Below are positions 40,570-54,400 of a stretch of 64,000 nucleotides of DNA, piece by piece (the stretch's first letter is position 1; the number at the start of each line of letters is the position of its first letter). The notes under the pieces were generated by a model that searched no databases, had not been told where the DNA came from, and was given only the letters and a program-made list of their open reading frames with translations. The translations under genes and the position numbers were made by a program. This DNA is from Octopus vulgaris (Eukaryota). The stretch spans positions 162,440,001-162,504,000 of the forward strand of contig OX597815.1 of the NCBI GenBank assembly GCA_951406725.2, given 5' to 3'.

Positions 40570-42350
40570 AAAATGTCTCAACAGAGGGCCAGCCATCTGG
40601 GGCCAAACAAGTGACATCACAAATTCTTGATTATCTCTATTGCCAAGTGCATGTGTACTTTCCTCAGCTGTATTCTCCAGCCTAAATGTTAATGTAAACT
40701 CCATTCAATGGGGTTCACTTGTCAATGTCACCTATATTTCAGCAAATGTTCTGTATGGTTGTGACTCTTTTTCCACCATCACCTTTCACTCCAAGTAAGA
40801 GTCCAAGTTATTTAGAACTTGGCCAAAGAAGAACGTGTTTTTTCTACAGTTCTTTCAATCTCCTTCACAGTGCAGTCCTTTTCAAAATAGCCACCAACCA
40901 GAGGAAAAAACTGCCTATCTTTCCTGATGAAGGTATGGTGGGGCTATCCTCGTGACAGACTTGGTTAATAGCTGGATTTGTTTTATGTACATCAAAAACT
41001 GTCTCATGTAATTCCACAAGTGAGCAATGAATGAATTCAGAATGAAAGCTAAGAGAACAGTTTTGTTACTCTGCATGCATTTTATTCAAGCCTAGATGAT
41101 TGCACTTCCAGCCCTATAGAGCTTATCCTAAACAAGTAATATTCCCCTACCATCCTGGTAACACAGTCAGAATAGGGATTTCTGGAAGTTACTTATTCTC
41201 TCAGAGTTGAAAGCTTTTTGAAAAAGACTGCTTAATTGATTATCATCCACATGTAGAGTTGCTTCAAAAACTCCTTTGGTCTTATCCATCACTAATCTTC
41301 TACACAAAGCAAAAAACAAATGTACCACCAACCGCACTACCTGGTAAGGAGAAAATAACATATAGATAACAACATTCCAGATACCAGGTGTCTAGTTTCG
41401 GTTTTCACTTGACCTTGGGTTAGAAATCTGGCGAAGAGATGAGATGTGGGAAGACATGCTTGACAAATAGTTACTTTGCCTGCATATTGTCCAGAAATCT
41501 CTGCAGATGCCAGTCTCACCATATCCTTTATGCATCACTGACCACAGCATATAAAGTCATGTATATAGAGGTTATTGAAAACACATGGAACTTTTAAAAC
41601 CCCATTACAAAAATCAAAAGAGAAGGTGCTTCAAGCTGGTAAGATAAATGGCATGATGATCAGAGCCATAAACAAGGTGTATATATAAGTATACATTTGC
41701 TCAACATTTCAGGAATTGCTTCTTCTCAGCCCATTTGTGGAGACTGGTCACTCCTGCTTGTAACTTCATCCCATTTCCTACCCATTTAGACATCTGACTG
41801 AAGACCTCAGGCATCTTTACAGGATCATCATATGATGTTGGCTGGCATGGACTTTCTTTTCTAGGTGTCAAGCTGCAAATCCATAGAATTGTTTGGCTTA
41901 ATGTGGTAATGTGTGCTCCTGTAACCACCTTATCTTCCTTCAATGCAGTGCTGGTTACCTCAATTTCTGTGGTATTCAATACCATGACAGAGACATTGTC
42001 TGTGTATGCTGATATACAGTCTTCTTGCATCCTAGTCTGAGTGGGATAGCTCTGAATAATTCTAGTTTCCATGCAATGGTTCAACAGTCAAAACGTGTAG
42101 GAGTGAAGGCAGAGGTTGTTCCTAATAGACAAACCATGACCTGAAATGTTCTGAAAAGTGGCCATTTACTATGACTTATGGTGCTGCAGTAGAAGCGGTT
42201 CAGCCCCTGCAAAGAAGACCAAGAATGGCTGCATTGCAGACCCTGCACTGAGCGCTCTACAAATAGTTGGCTCAGTTGAAAATCTTGAATTGACCCAAGT
42301 GGATTAGAGCCTCACTGAAACCAGGTTTATTACGCACCCACCCAGTGATG
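40570..42350 (-). mobile_element. Degenerate L1/Tx1-like LINE ORF2 fragment
   Basis: Minus-strand SAYTDNVSVMV is a decayed SAYADDV RT motif. The surrounding sequence is coding-like but heavily interrupted. Confidence 0.6.
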
Positions 42351-42389
42351 GAAGTTGTCACAGACAGATCTGCTGGGATAGCACAGGAG

Positions 42390-42773
42390 GTTAATTACAT
42401 TGACCCTAGTGCTCAACTGGCTCTTATTTCATTGACCATGAATGGATGAATGGCAAAGTTGACCTTGGTGAAATCTGAACTCAGAATCTAAAGCCAGAAG
42501 AAAGGCTGCTAAGCCTTTGTCTGGCATGCTAATGATTTTGCCAGTAAGCCACCTTAACAAACAATAAAAATAATCCTTTCTACTAAAGGCCTGAAATTTG
42601 GTGAGAAGGGACTAGTCAATTACATTGACCCAGGTGTTTCATTAGTACTTAATTTATTAACCCTGACTGAAAGGATGAAAGAGTCAACCTCCGGAGTTTG
42701 CCCTCAGAACAAAGCAGCAGATGAATAATAATAATAATAATGATGATGATGATGATACTACTACTACTACTAC

Positions 42774-42814
<41 letters not shown>

Positions 42815-42815
42815 A

Positions 42816-42853
<38 letters not shown>

Positions 42854-43865
42854 ATGGTTTCAATTTTTGGCACAAAGTCAGCAGCTTCAGGGATGGAGAA
42901 TAAGTTGATTTCATTGACCCCAGTGCTCAACTGGTATCTATTTATTTTATCAAACCTGAAAGGAGAGGCAAAGTCAACCTCAGCAGAATTTGAATTCAGA
43001 ACATGAAGACGGACGAAATGCTGCTCAACAGATGTGCTAACAAGTCTTCCAGCTCACTGCCTTAATAATAATAATGATGATGCCCCGAAGCAGCACCAGG
43101 CAGTGGCTCTCATGGCTTCTGATCTTAACTGACTGGAAGTATTATCATGTACATGGTTTGTATTAGCATAAAAAGATGGGCTACAGTAAATATTCTGTTC
43201 AATACCACAGATCTGCTTGTCAGTTGTTTGATCTTTACTATTTGAGCATGTCCATTAGTGGCTAACAATATGTGCATTTCTGATCACAAGCAGGAGTAGT
43301 TGGGAAGCATCATAGCCAGGTGCTGAGAGGAAGTTTTTGGGGTTTGAATAATTCAGCTTTGGAAACATGGGTGTTTCAACCATCATCCTTAAACAACCCT
43401 CATTCAGGGACCTTTTGAGCGGGATAGGCTACTCAACCTGAAGAAAATTCTAACTGGGCCCCACCTGCAAGGTCATATGCTGTTTACCTTGATATAAGGT
43501 CATCATGTTGTATACATATGGTTGTGATGCATATGCCTGGTGTATCCTTATCAGATGTGTAGTCATGATGGGTATATTGGACTTCGTATATTTGTGCTCC
43601 AGTGTCATTTTGATGGCATGCATTGCTCTCCTACTCAATAATAATAATAAAGATGGTTTCAAATTTTGATATTAGGTCAGCAAGTTTGGGTGTAGGGACA
43701 AGTTGATTACATCAAACCCAGCTCATGACCGGTACTTATTTCATTGACCCTGAAAGGATAAAAGGTAAAGCTGACCTTGGTGGAATTTGAACTTAGAATG
43801 TTAAGACAAACAAAATGCCACTAAGCATTTTGCTTGGCACAGTAATCTTTTGCCAGCTCACTGTC

Positions 43866-43902
<37 letters not shown>

Positions 43903-44380
43903 TAATAATAATAATAATCCTTTCTATTTTAACACAAGGTCTGAAATTTAGAGGGAGGGGACTAATCAATTTCATTGAGCCCAGTGTTTCACTAGTACTT
44001 AATTTATTGACTCCCAAAAGGAGGAAAAGCAAAGTCAACCTTGGCAGAATTTGAACACAGAAGGTAGCAACAGGTGATATGCCACTAAACATTCTGCCCA
44101 GTGTGCTAACGATTCTCCTAGCTCGCTGCCTTAATAATAATGATGTCACTGCCGCCGCCAACAATAATAATAATAATAGTTTCAAACCTTGCCACAAGGG
44201 CAGCCATTTTGGGGGAGGAAATGTGTTGTTTACATCGACCCCAGTGTTCAACTGACTACTTAATTTACTGACCCCAGAAGGTTTGAAAGGCAAAATCAAC
44301 TTCAGAATGTAGCAGCAGACAAAATACCGCTAAGCATTTTGTCCAGCATGCTAATGATTCTGCCAGTTCACCACCTTAAT
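42390..44380 (-). mobile_element. Cluster of about six co-oriented family B SINEs plus a LINE-like 3' fragment (43080-43645) and (AGT)n/(AAT)n tracts
   Basis: Repeated gaccccagt...ctggtacttatttcattgacc...gaaaggcaaagtcaacct...gaatttgaactcagaa...tctgccagctc units. Confidence 0.85.
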
Positions 44381-44491
44381 AATAATAATAAGAAGAAGAA
44401 GAATGATAATAATAATAATGATGATAAGAAGAAGAACAACAACATGAACAAGTACAACAACAACAACAAAATTTTAACAAATTATCCTTAC

Positions 44492-44643
44492 TTTGATACT
44501 GAAAAAATGTGACATGGTAAAATAACCAAGTGCAATGATTGGTATAAGTGATAATCTGCGTAACATTGGTTTCACAGTTTCAATGTCATTAGTGTCTGGC
44601 TCATGAAGCATGTCATAGTATGTACGGTACTTCATGTATGGAC
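44492..44643 (-). CDS. MBOAT7: MBOAT7 coding exon: (G)PYMKYRTYYDMLHEP...ALGYFTMSHFFSIK
   Basis: ttgcag acceptor and gtaagg donor. 152 nt, phase 1 to 0. GPY.KYRTY.D matches MBOAT7 'GPFFRYRTYLDW'. Confidence 0.92.
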
Positions 44644-46339
44644 CTGCAAATAAGAAGACAAGAAAGATACACAAATTTAGTATCAAGTGTTATTAGCAGA
44701 AAATCACAGTATACTGACTCAAAACAAACACACACACAAAAAAAAAGAAAATACATAATTAAACAAACTTTGAAAGAATGCAGTAAAAAAAAAATTGACT
44801 TTTTGTTCTATTTCTCTGAAACAGATTTTCTTAAATCATCATTGGTATTGTTTTAATGTTTGCTCCTCCAAGTTCGGATGGAATTTGTTGAGCCAGATTT
44901 TCTATGTCCAGGTGCCCTTACTGTTGCCAACCCTCATCTATTTCCAAGTAAGGTAATATTTCTCCACGACCAGATGCTTACAAAGAATAATGAAAATGAA
45001 GGACACCACTCGTTTATAACCACCGCATGATTGCTTGTTTTATGTATTAGACAATGGTGAAGATCCCATCGTTTTTATCTTGCATTGTGTATCAAGGACT
45101 ACATTAAATTCAAGAACTTAAATCATTGTTGCTTAATTTGTTATACCTTAGAGAATATGGCAATGCTCTATCTTCAGTACAGAATTCTGAACTCCCTCCC
45201 TTTCAATATGTGTGTGTGCGTGCGCACACACACAAACCTGTTCTGTCCCATAGCAGACAGTTAATACAAGGGAGATAATCATGTCTTTATAATATTTGGT
45301 GGGATTAGAAGTTTGAATATGAAATTAAGGAATAAAGAAAAAGATGCACAGAATATGCATATTTAAGTTTTATTTTGCTTGCTTATAATGTTCTTAAAAT
45401 TTCTAGCTAGAGGTAATCATGTGTAGGGCTATCTTGTTCTTTTTAGAGTTCATCAGCATGATATAACTTGAGGAGTAAAAACTAAGTGTTTTATGAAGAA
45501 TGATGTTTTCAGATGAAAAACAATTAGAATCTGGTAGAAATTCATGGAATTCAAGTGTTTTCTTATTTCTTTTTCTTCATAGAGCAATAGCAGTCTAGAC
45601 AGAGGAGAGAGAAACTTCTTAGGGTCTACATACAGGGTAACTGCTTTCAAGGAAATCTATATACGTGTGTATGTAAAATCCTTCCAACGTTCAGTTTTCT
45701 ATGTTGGCGTAGGTTAGATCATCATGGTTTGCCTGTTCTTATCTGGAATAACTGCTTCAGTAAATTAGTAGCCGGTGAAGTGACATTTTCCTTTTCTACA
45801 GATGCACTTCCTATCACCAACCACTTTACAGAATGTATTTGGTGCATTTCATTGTGTTGCCATCACAGGAGAGGTTGTCCTATATGAGATGGACTAATGA
45901 GTCTCAGCTACTCTATATCAATTCTTATTTAGAGACACTGCTTGCAAAGATGAATAGCTTGTGATGCAGCTTTGGAGTATACAGCTTGCTGATGTGTAAT
46001 TTATCAATTCTGCCAATTCAATGCACTTATAGCTGTGATTAATTTTATTTCACAGCTAGGTGCTTCTAGGCTTAATCTCACTGTGTCTTCTGTAGCTTTA
46101 AGTTGACCATTGTGTGTGTGTGTTTGTTTGTGTGTGTGTGTGTGTGTGTGTGTGCATGCATGCATGTATGTACCTGTGTGTAATTATACATATATGTATA
46201 TGCAATATATAATGAGATATATAATTCACATGTGTATGTACATATATTGATGATGATGACAAACACACACACACATATGGACATATACTGTCCATCCCAT
46301 GCTAGCATGGAATGCAGATGTTAAATGATGATGATAATA

Positions 46340-46520
46340 TATAGTTATGCTGACAGGAAGGGTAAAATCCCTGCTGTTTCCTTATTTAATTCTCAGTCTG
46401 AAGAATTTCTAATAGGAAATTCCTTACATGTAAAACTCTGTAATTCCTAATAGCAAATGAAACACATGTAATGGTGAATATATAACACCAATAAATTTTC
46501 CTACTTCCTCTTTTGTTATA
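46340..46520 (+). mobile_element. Penelope-like pLTR remnant with a hammerhead motif (46394-46474)
   Basis: CTGAAGA (46398), long stem II ATTTCTAATAGGAA / TTCCTAATAGCAAAT, then GAAAC-ACAT-GTA. Shares atccctgctgt with the 55404-56015 element. Confidence 0.6.
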
Positions 46521-46585
46521 TATAATTCTATATATATGTATATATAATTACATATGTGTGTATGTATATATACATATACATGTGC

Positions 46586-46621
<36 letters not shown>

Positions 46622-47267
46622 GTGCATGTATATATATATATATATATATATAGTGAGACAGTAAGATTATACTTGGATTTCTTTCACAACTAGAGATTTT
46701 ATTTATTGGGAGCCTTGCAGCTTATAAGAATGAAGAAGATATCTGAAGAAAGTTATTAATGTTCTTTTGAAATCAGAAATCTAAGATTTGATTAAAATTT
46801 TCTCATTTTGAAAAGATGGTTTTGGACAATTGGTTGTAACTCCTTAGAACTACACAGTTGAGAGTTGTTGTTGGAATAAGATTCTACATTGTATGCAAGA
46901 GTGAGTTGTGTATGTATGTGCAAAATTAATTCTCCTTAACATATTTTTAAAATAAACCTATAAGCCATATTAAGTTCCTTCTCTGTTAGACACACACACA
47001 ATAAGTGATTAGCAAATGAGAAGAAAATAATTCTTGTTTAAAAAAAAAGAAACAAAAAATATCAAGGTAAATAATACGTCATCAAGAATGAGCATACTGA
47101 AAGGTGAATTATTAAAATAGTAATTAATCCATGGCTTTTGGTTAGATTTGATACATTAAGTCAGAGTTCAGCAGAATAAATAATAGCCAAGACAACAAAT
47201 AAAAGTGTATTTCCATTTGAAAGACAAATAATGAAAATTACTTGGTGTTGGTGGTTTTGGTGTTGTT

Positions 47268-47463
47268 GGAGGAGGAGGAGGAGGAGGAGGAGGAGGAGGA
47301 GGAGAAGAAGAAGAAGAAGAAGAAGAAGAAGAAGAAGAAGAAGAAGAAGAAGAAGAAGAAGAAGAAGAAGAAGAAGAAGAAGAAGAAGAAGGAGGAGGAG
47401 GAGGAGGAGGAGGAGGAGAAGAAGAAGAAGAAGAAGAAGAAGAAGAAGAAGAAGAAGAAGAAA
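47268..47463. repeat. Pure polypurine (GGA)n(GAA)n(GGA)n(GAA)n triplet tract, ~195 bp
   Basis: Directly visible. Confidence 0.97.
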
Positions 47464-50400
47464 GCAATGGGTGTATGGTTAAGAAGCTTGCTTCCCAACC
47501 AGGTGGTCTTGGTTTCAGTCTCGGTGCATGACACCTTGGGCAAGTGTCTTCTGCTTTAGATTGGATTGATTAAAGCCTTGTGAGTGTGGATGTGGCAAAC
47601 AGAAAACTAAAAAGAAGCCTGCTATATATATGTGCATGTGTGTGTTTGTTCCCCACCCACTGCCTGTTGACAACCAGTGTTCATTTATTCATGTGCCCCT
47701 CATAACCTAGAAAAGAGATTGATAGAATAAACTCTAAACCCCTTCAAGGCTGTACCCCAGCATGGTCAAAATCTAAGGAAACAAATAAAAGATAAAATAT
47801 ATATATATTTGTTTCAGTCATTTGACTGTGGCCATGCTGGAGCACCACCTTTAGTCAAACAAATCGACACCAAGATTGTAAACCTAGTACTTATTCTATT
47901 GGCCTCTTTTGCTAAGTTACAGGGGATGTAAACACACTAACATCGGTTGTCAAGCGATGGTAGAAGACACTTGCACCAGGTACCACGCAGTGGGACTGAA
48001 CCTGGAACCATGTGTTTGGTAAGCAAGCTACACTACTTGCCACACACATAAATATATATATATATATAAAATAACCTTGAATATTTTATTTAACCCTTTA
48101 ACATTCAGATTACTCTGTCAAATGTAATGTTTATTTCTTCACATTTAAAAATTAATCTTGCATTAACTCAAAGCTTCAAGATTTTGCTGATGTGATTGAT
48201 TATTTTGAGAATAAAATTGTAAATCTGACAAGTTTTAGCATAAAGCAGATAGAATATTTGAGCCAAATATGGCCAGTTAAAACGCTAATGAGTTAATGTT
48301 GTATTTTAACCCCATCCATTTCTTTTTTGTTATTCTTCATGTCGTGGTGCTCAAGTATTACATTTCAAATAACCTTGACTTAGAAAATGAAATGAAAGAC
48401 ATAACTGATATCTTGAACATAATAAGATAATGCTATGAAAAATTTATGCATCAAAATAAAAATTAATACATATATTAAAAAAAATTACAAAATGAGTAAT
48501 GTTTACGCATTCTATAGCATTTTAATTCAATCCTTTCGATAGCAACCGAGCTGAAACTAGCTCTGGCTCTGTAGTACAAATGTCTTGTCTTCGTAAGTTT
48601 TGAATTAAAATCTTCCACCAAACCTAAATCACAATTTATGTTCTTAACACTTGCTTAATGATAACTAAGTTATTTTACTAAATTCTTAGTTATATTTAGA
48701 ATTAACTGAAAGAAACACAGAGCATTTCAAAATAAATATGGTAACAAAAGGGTTGAGATATTTTACATCTTTTTATGCAGCATGTGTAACTAAGCAGTTC
48801 ATTACATTTATGCCATTAAAAAAAAAAAAAATGAATAGTTAAGACATCCAACACTTAGTTTTAAAAGGAGGTTTGTTAACTAAAGTAAACATCATAACAT
48901 CATAATGCATATTGTTCAAACCTTTAGCATTCAGATTACTCTGTCAAGTGTAATGGTTATTCTATGGGTGAGGACATGTGTATGGATGAGAACAGCTGCA
49001 TAAAGAAGTATCAATCCCTAACTAGAGAAGGAACCTGTGGAAGAAGTCGACATAGGACAAGGTGGTGAGGCATGAACTTCAGATGTTGGGTTTCAAAGAG
49101 GCAATGACAAATGATTGAAAACTTTGGCAGTTTGCTGTGCTTGAGAAGACTCATCATGTCAAGAGAAATCAAAGTTGTGGACAATTTGAGCATCTTCTAA
49201 GAGGCACCTGTGACACATAAAAGGCACCCACTACACTCTTGGAGTGGTTGGTGTTAGGAAGGGCATCCAGCTGTAGAAGCCAAGCCAAAATCAAACTGAA
49301 GCTTAGAACAGCTCTCTGGCTTACCAGTTCCAGTCAAATCATGTAACCCACGCCAACATGGAAAACAGATGCTAAATGATGGTACAGATGATGATGCTGA
49401 TGGTGGTTGTGACATTTAACATGCAATATTTTGAAGATTTGAGATTTTGAGGAAGTGACTATTTTTAGAATTACATCATACAGTTGGTATGAGAGGCTGG
49501 ATCTGGCTGATTTGAACATCAAACAGAGAAAGTATCTAAGCTGGATATGGCCAGTTTAAGTACTAATGGGTTAGGACAGGTCTTGAATGTATGATTACTT
49601 AGACCAACTTTTCCACAATATGCTTTAAGCCACAAACCAACAACGGAGCCTCTACAAATATTGGCAAAATCTCCTTTAAATAAAATCTTGCTGTCTTAAA
49701 AGACAATGTATAATGTATTCCTGAATATGATACTGGAACCATCACAGAACAGAGATTAAAACTAATAGGTTTTAATCTGGGCTACCAGAAAAATGTCATT
49801 CTAAAACAGCTTTGAAAAGGACACTACTGGAGGGAAAAAGAAAGAGAGGATGACTGAAAGCATCATGGCACAGAACATTCATAACCGACATGAGAGAAGC
49901 TAATATTACATGGCCAACAGAAACCAGTGGCATCAGCTTGCTGCCCAAGTGCTCAAGAGCATGGGAGGAACTGTCACTGATACTGAAAAATGATATCGCT
50001 GAGCAAAAGAAAAAAAAAGAAAAAATGATAATGACCACAGAGTGAATCCTCAATAAGAGCTAATATGTTTAAATTACTGTTTAAATAGGAAGAAAGATGT
50101 TTATTCAAGTATTACAAGAGCCAATGTGCCAAAACCTAAATTTGCTAAGCCTATTAATCTTTTAGCATTTATACCAGCCATATCTGGCCCAAATATTTTA
50201 CCTTATTTTCTATTCATTTTTGAGGTAACAAGATTTTACTGTTTTCTTTTTTTTTTTTTTTTTAAATTTTGATGTTTTTAAAATTTAACACTCTGATTAC
50301 TCTGTAAACTGCAATGCCTATTTATTCACGTTGTTTTAAGTTAATCTTGTAGCTTTGAGATTTCAGTGATGAGATTGTTTACTTTAAGGATGAGATTGTA

Positions 50401-50628
50401 GGTAACTGTGAGAAAGAAGAGCTCTTTGAAGGTCAGTTTGAATAGAAAATTAGGGTTAGGGTTTGAAGGTCAGTTTGAACAGAAAATAGGTAAATAGGGC
50501 CACATATAACCAGTATAAATGCTAAAAGGTGAATAGGTTTAGCAAATTTAGGATTTTGGGCATTGGCTCAACAGAGTACTCTCATTATATTTAAACTGCT
50601 CAGCTCAGAAATGAACAAAAAGAGAAGC

Positions 50629-50972
50629 CTATATATATGCTTCTCCTCTGAGACCCTGTGGCACAAATTGACTAAAATTAAGAGTATGATAGAGGGCTTG
50701 CTCTTCATTCCGTAGAAGATAAAATTCAAATCGAACCATGTTACGACCAATGATTAATTACATCAAAAAGGTGCTTTTTTTCTATGAAAATCCCTATTTT
50801 TTTAATGATTTTTTGACTGCTGTCTTGCCATTTTTCAGTGTATTTCAACCAGGAAAATGTTCACTTAAAGAGAATAACAAGCTACATAATGCAAAATTTT
50901 TACTTTTCAAAAATTCCAATTCTAAAGTAAAAGGTCGAAACAAACCCGAGCAACGCCGGGCAATACTGCTAG
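50629..50972 (+). mobile_element. Non-autonomous Helitron (5' end approximate)
   Basis: The 3' end CCCGAGCAACGCCGGG-caatactg-CTAG|T is the same terminus family as 31680-32079. Confidence 0.78.
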
Positions 50973-51257
50973 TATAGTGATAAAATTTGAATGTTTACAC
51001 AACATACTATGTTGACTTGTATGCCTTGAAAATACTGTATTCACTGTCTTTTGTAATAACCAACAATCACTAGTTTCCATGAACAATGATTTTTAAAAAT
51101 GAAAAATAAAAATAAAACAGCTACATTACTGGATGAACTTACAACCTCAGTCTTATTAAATCTAATAAAGAATATCACTCAAGACAAAATCTAATAACAT
51201 TTTCAACTTTTGCCACTTATTGTCATGTCATTAGAACAAGAGAAGATAAACTCTTAC

Positions 51258-51408
51258 CTGCCAGTAGGCCCATGTAACAATAAGCATAGCTGAAGATATC
51301 TGTGACACCAGGGTCAACATTCTGATAAAGCTTCACTAATTTGTTATTACTTTCTCCTTGTCTTGGTGGATACTTTGTGTCATGGATCTCAAATGCAAGG
51401 CCAATCAT
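51258..51408 (-). CDS. MBOAT7: MBOAT7/LPIAT1 internal coding exon (first visible in window): MIGLAFEIHDTKYPP...DIFSYAYCYMGLLA(G)
   Basis: Acceptor tttcag at 51409 and donor gtaag at 51257. 151 nt, phase 0 to 1. The peptide matches the MBOAT7 segment 'LVSLASEVQD...SYSYCYVGIMTG' and splices in frame to the next exon. Confidence 0.92.
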
Positions 51409-54400
51409 CTGAAATTCAAAAAAGAATCAAAATATATTTGTGTATATACAATCTGAAAATCAAATATACAGTTATATAAATTTATTTTGGGTGGTAAGCC
51501 TTGCCAGACATCTGAAGGACCTGCAAAAGTCATGGGTACTATTAATCCTCTTTTAATAAGTCTATAAATGTATTTAAAGAAAGCTTCAATATACAGGCAC
51601 ACAAAATAGTCACATATGAAGAACAGCTGGCAAATGTTTATTCCAGGTGTCAGCTATTATATAGATTTTTTTTCTAAATAAATATAGTTGCAGTCATAAC
51701 TACATAGGTGTAGGTGTAGCTATAAAGGTGCAGGGAGGATAATATAGGCACAGGTGTGGTCATAAAGGTGCAGGTGTGACTGTCTGGTGAGAAGTTAGCT
51801 TGCCAACCACATGGTTCTGGGTTCAGTCAAACTGAATGATGCTTTGGGCCAGTATCTTTTACTATAGCCCTCAACCGACCAAAGCCTTATGAGCGGATTT
51901 GGTTGGTGGAAACTGAAAAATGTGTTTTATCATCATCATCATTGTTGTCCATGCTGGCATGGGTTGGATGGTTTAACCAGTGCTGGCAAGCTGAGGGGCT
52001 GATTTCAAATGGTTTCTATAGCTGGATGCCCCTCCTAATGTCAACCATTCCAGGAGTGTAATGGGTGCTTTTACAGGCCATTGGCACCAGTATCTTGTGA
52101 TGATTTCACTTGGCTTGATGGGTCTTCTTAAGCACAGCATAATGTCAAAGAGCTTGGTCATTTGTCATTGCCTCCGTGAGGCCCAACGCTCGAAAGGGGC
52201 TTTTTACGTGCCACCAGCACTGGCCACCTTGCCTCTGTGAGGCCCAATGCCCAAAAAGTTGCTTTTTATATGCAACCAGCATGGGTGCCATTTATGTGAT
52301 ACAGACATTGGTTATGACCATGATTTCATTTGGCTTGTGGGCCTTCTCAAGCATGGTATATTGCCAAAGGTCTCAGTCACTAGTCATTGCCTAACTTTTT
52401 TTCTCAAGATGCTTACATTCCATCATACATGCACACTGACATTATACCTAGCTTCACTTCTTTCAAGCCTACACATGTCCTCTGCTGACACAGCCCATGT
52501 TTTACTGCTATGGTGACATCAATATTGATGTCCTGTTTGAACATCTATAGATTATCTGTTGCACAAAATATGGACAGGGATGAAAGGATTAGGAGAAGTG
52601 TTTAGTATCAGGGATAAGAGGAGGAGATGAGAGAGTATCAAGTGTTATGTAGAGATGTTGTACTAATTAGCTTACAAATTTAGAAAATCAGGAACAGTTG
52701 TAGTATGAGTAAAAGAGACACAGGGTGTATATATATATATTTTATAGGTAAGCTAGTGGCTGTGTGGTGTATAGGTGGGTGGTGGTGGAGTGGTCTCAGT
52801 CAGTTGAATAATCGTATTTTGAATATGATTTAGAAGAGCTGTGTGTTGGGTGGGAAGGAAAGAGAGTAACAACTACCCTATCCCAAATACATGATCAATA
52901 CTCTCAGAATCACATTTGTTTTGTAGAAGGTCAATAACAGTTCAATGCTGAAATATACAGATCTGAATATTTATTAAACCTGTCCTATTTTCTGGCTCTG
53001 ATAAAATCTTTTGAATTCAGCTTTGGCTATGATTATACATTATCATATGTCATTATTAGTTTCAAATTTTGCAAAAGCCAGCAATTTTAGGGGAGAGGTA
53101 AATTGATTACATTGATCCCAGTGCTTAACTGGTACTTATTTTATCAACCTAGAAAAGATGAATGACAAAGTTGACCTCGGTTGAATTTGAACTCAGAACA
53201 TATAGATGGATGAAATGCTGCTAAGCATTTTACCTGGTGTGCTAACAATTCTGCCAGCTTGCTGCATCGATCAAATGTAATTATTAGCTTCTTGAAGTTT
53301 TATTTGTGTACTGTTCTAAGTCAAGGGAAGGCTGTTTCCTTGATATGAGCAATGGTTGTTGTCTTGGTGTTGTTCAAAAAGGTGAAGCTAGCATGAACTA
53401 TTGGAAGAGGTTTTCAGTTTCTCAGAAGTACTGATGTTTGACATGAGATGGCTAGCTTGTATGTGGATCATGCTTGTTGACACATCCTGTGATGAAGTGG
53501 TCCAACAGGAAACTTCTGATTGAAGAAATGAGTACAATCCAATTGGTGAGCCACTTCAATAAAAGGCATACCTTATAAGCAAAAAAAAAAAAAAAAAAAA
53601 GCAACTCAGTGATAATGATATCTAGTAAAAGCAACCTTCACTGAGTAATAGCTGCTTGGAAACTAAGAAACACATGCTATTAATGCATTAGATCTAACCT
53701 GAAGTTTCCAATTCATTCTCAGTTGCCTTTGTTGCCAACCACCCAAGCTTTTGTGTTTGTTTTGTTAGTGAAATAAGAAGCAGAGACTTGTGCAACATTA
53801 TCATGTTATATATGCTTGCACACGCACATATGTGCGTGCGCACGTATATGACGCCATGAAAAATAAAAGTATAAAAGAAACCATACACTACTAAGGCAAC
53901 AAAAGAAATCCAAGTAAGGTAAAAAGAAGAAAAAAAACAACAACAAAAACAACCCCCATAAATTTCCAAAATGATAAGATGTATATTTCATTGTGAGTAT
54001 AGAATATTATCAAGGAAAAAAACAAAAAGCAAAAACTAAACTAAACTAAAAAAAACACAGAGATGTGTATCACAAGACCTCCAGAATGTTAAGCCAGAGA
54101 TCAATAAGCCCGACCTCTTTACAGATACTTCACAGATTCAACTTTGATTGAAGGCTAGGAAAAAAAAAAGAAAAAATAGAATTTGATAGCAGCCATGCCA
54201 TTTTTTTTTTTTGAAAAACAAAATATTTTCAGGTTTCTTAACATCTACACTGGCTTTCTCCATATTAATTTTGTTGAGTGGATTTACTAATTCAGGCATG
54301 AACAAGAATTATCGAGAATTTATTCTTACCACCAGATGTCCTTTCTCAACCATGAAATTGCAATGATTCTTATGTTAGCAGTTGACTGAGACAAGTGTTG

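Noticed and set aside
47168-47559. Poly-S/P/R/E/K/F ORFs (also 42649-43006)
   Set aside because: They are triplet-repeat translations.
51406-51408. ATG as the MBOAT7 start codon
   Set aside because: It is preceded by a canonical acceptor and aligns to about residue 112 of the family. The true 5' exons were not found in 51409-64000.
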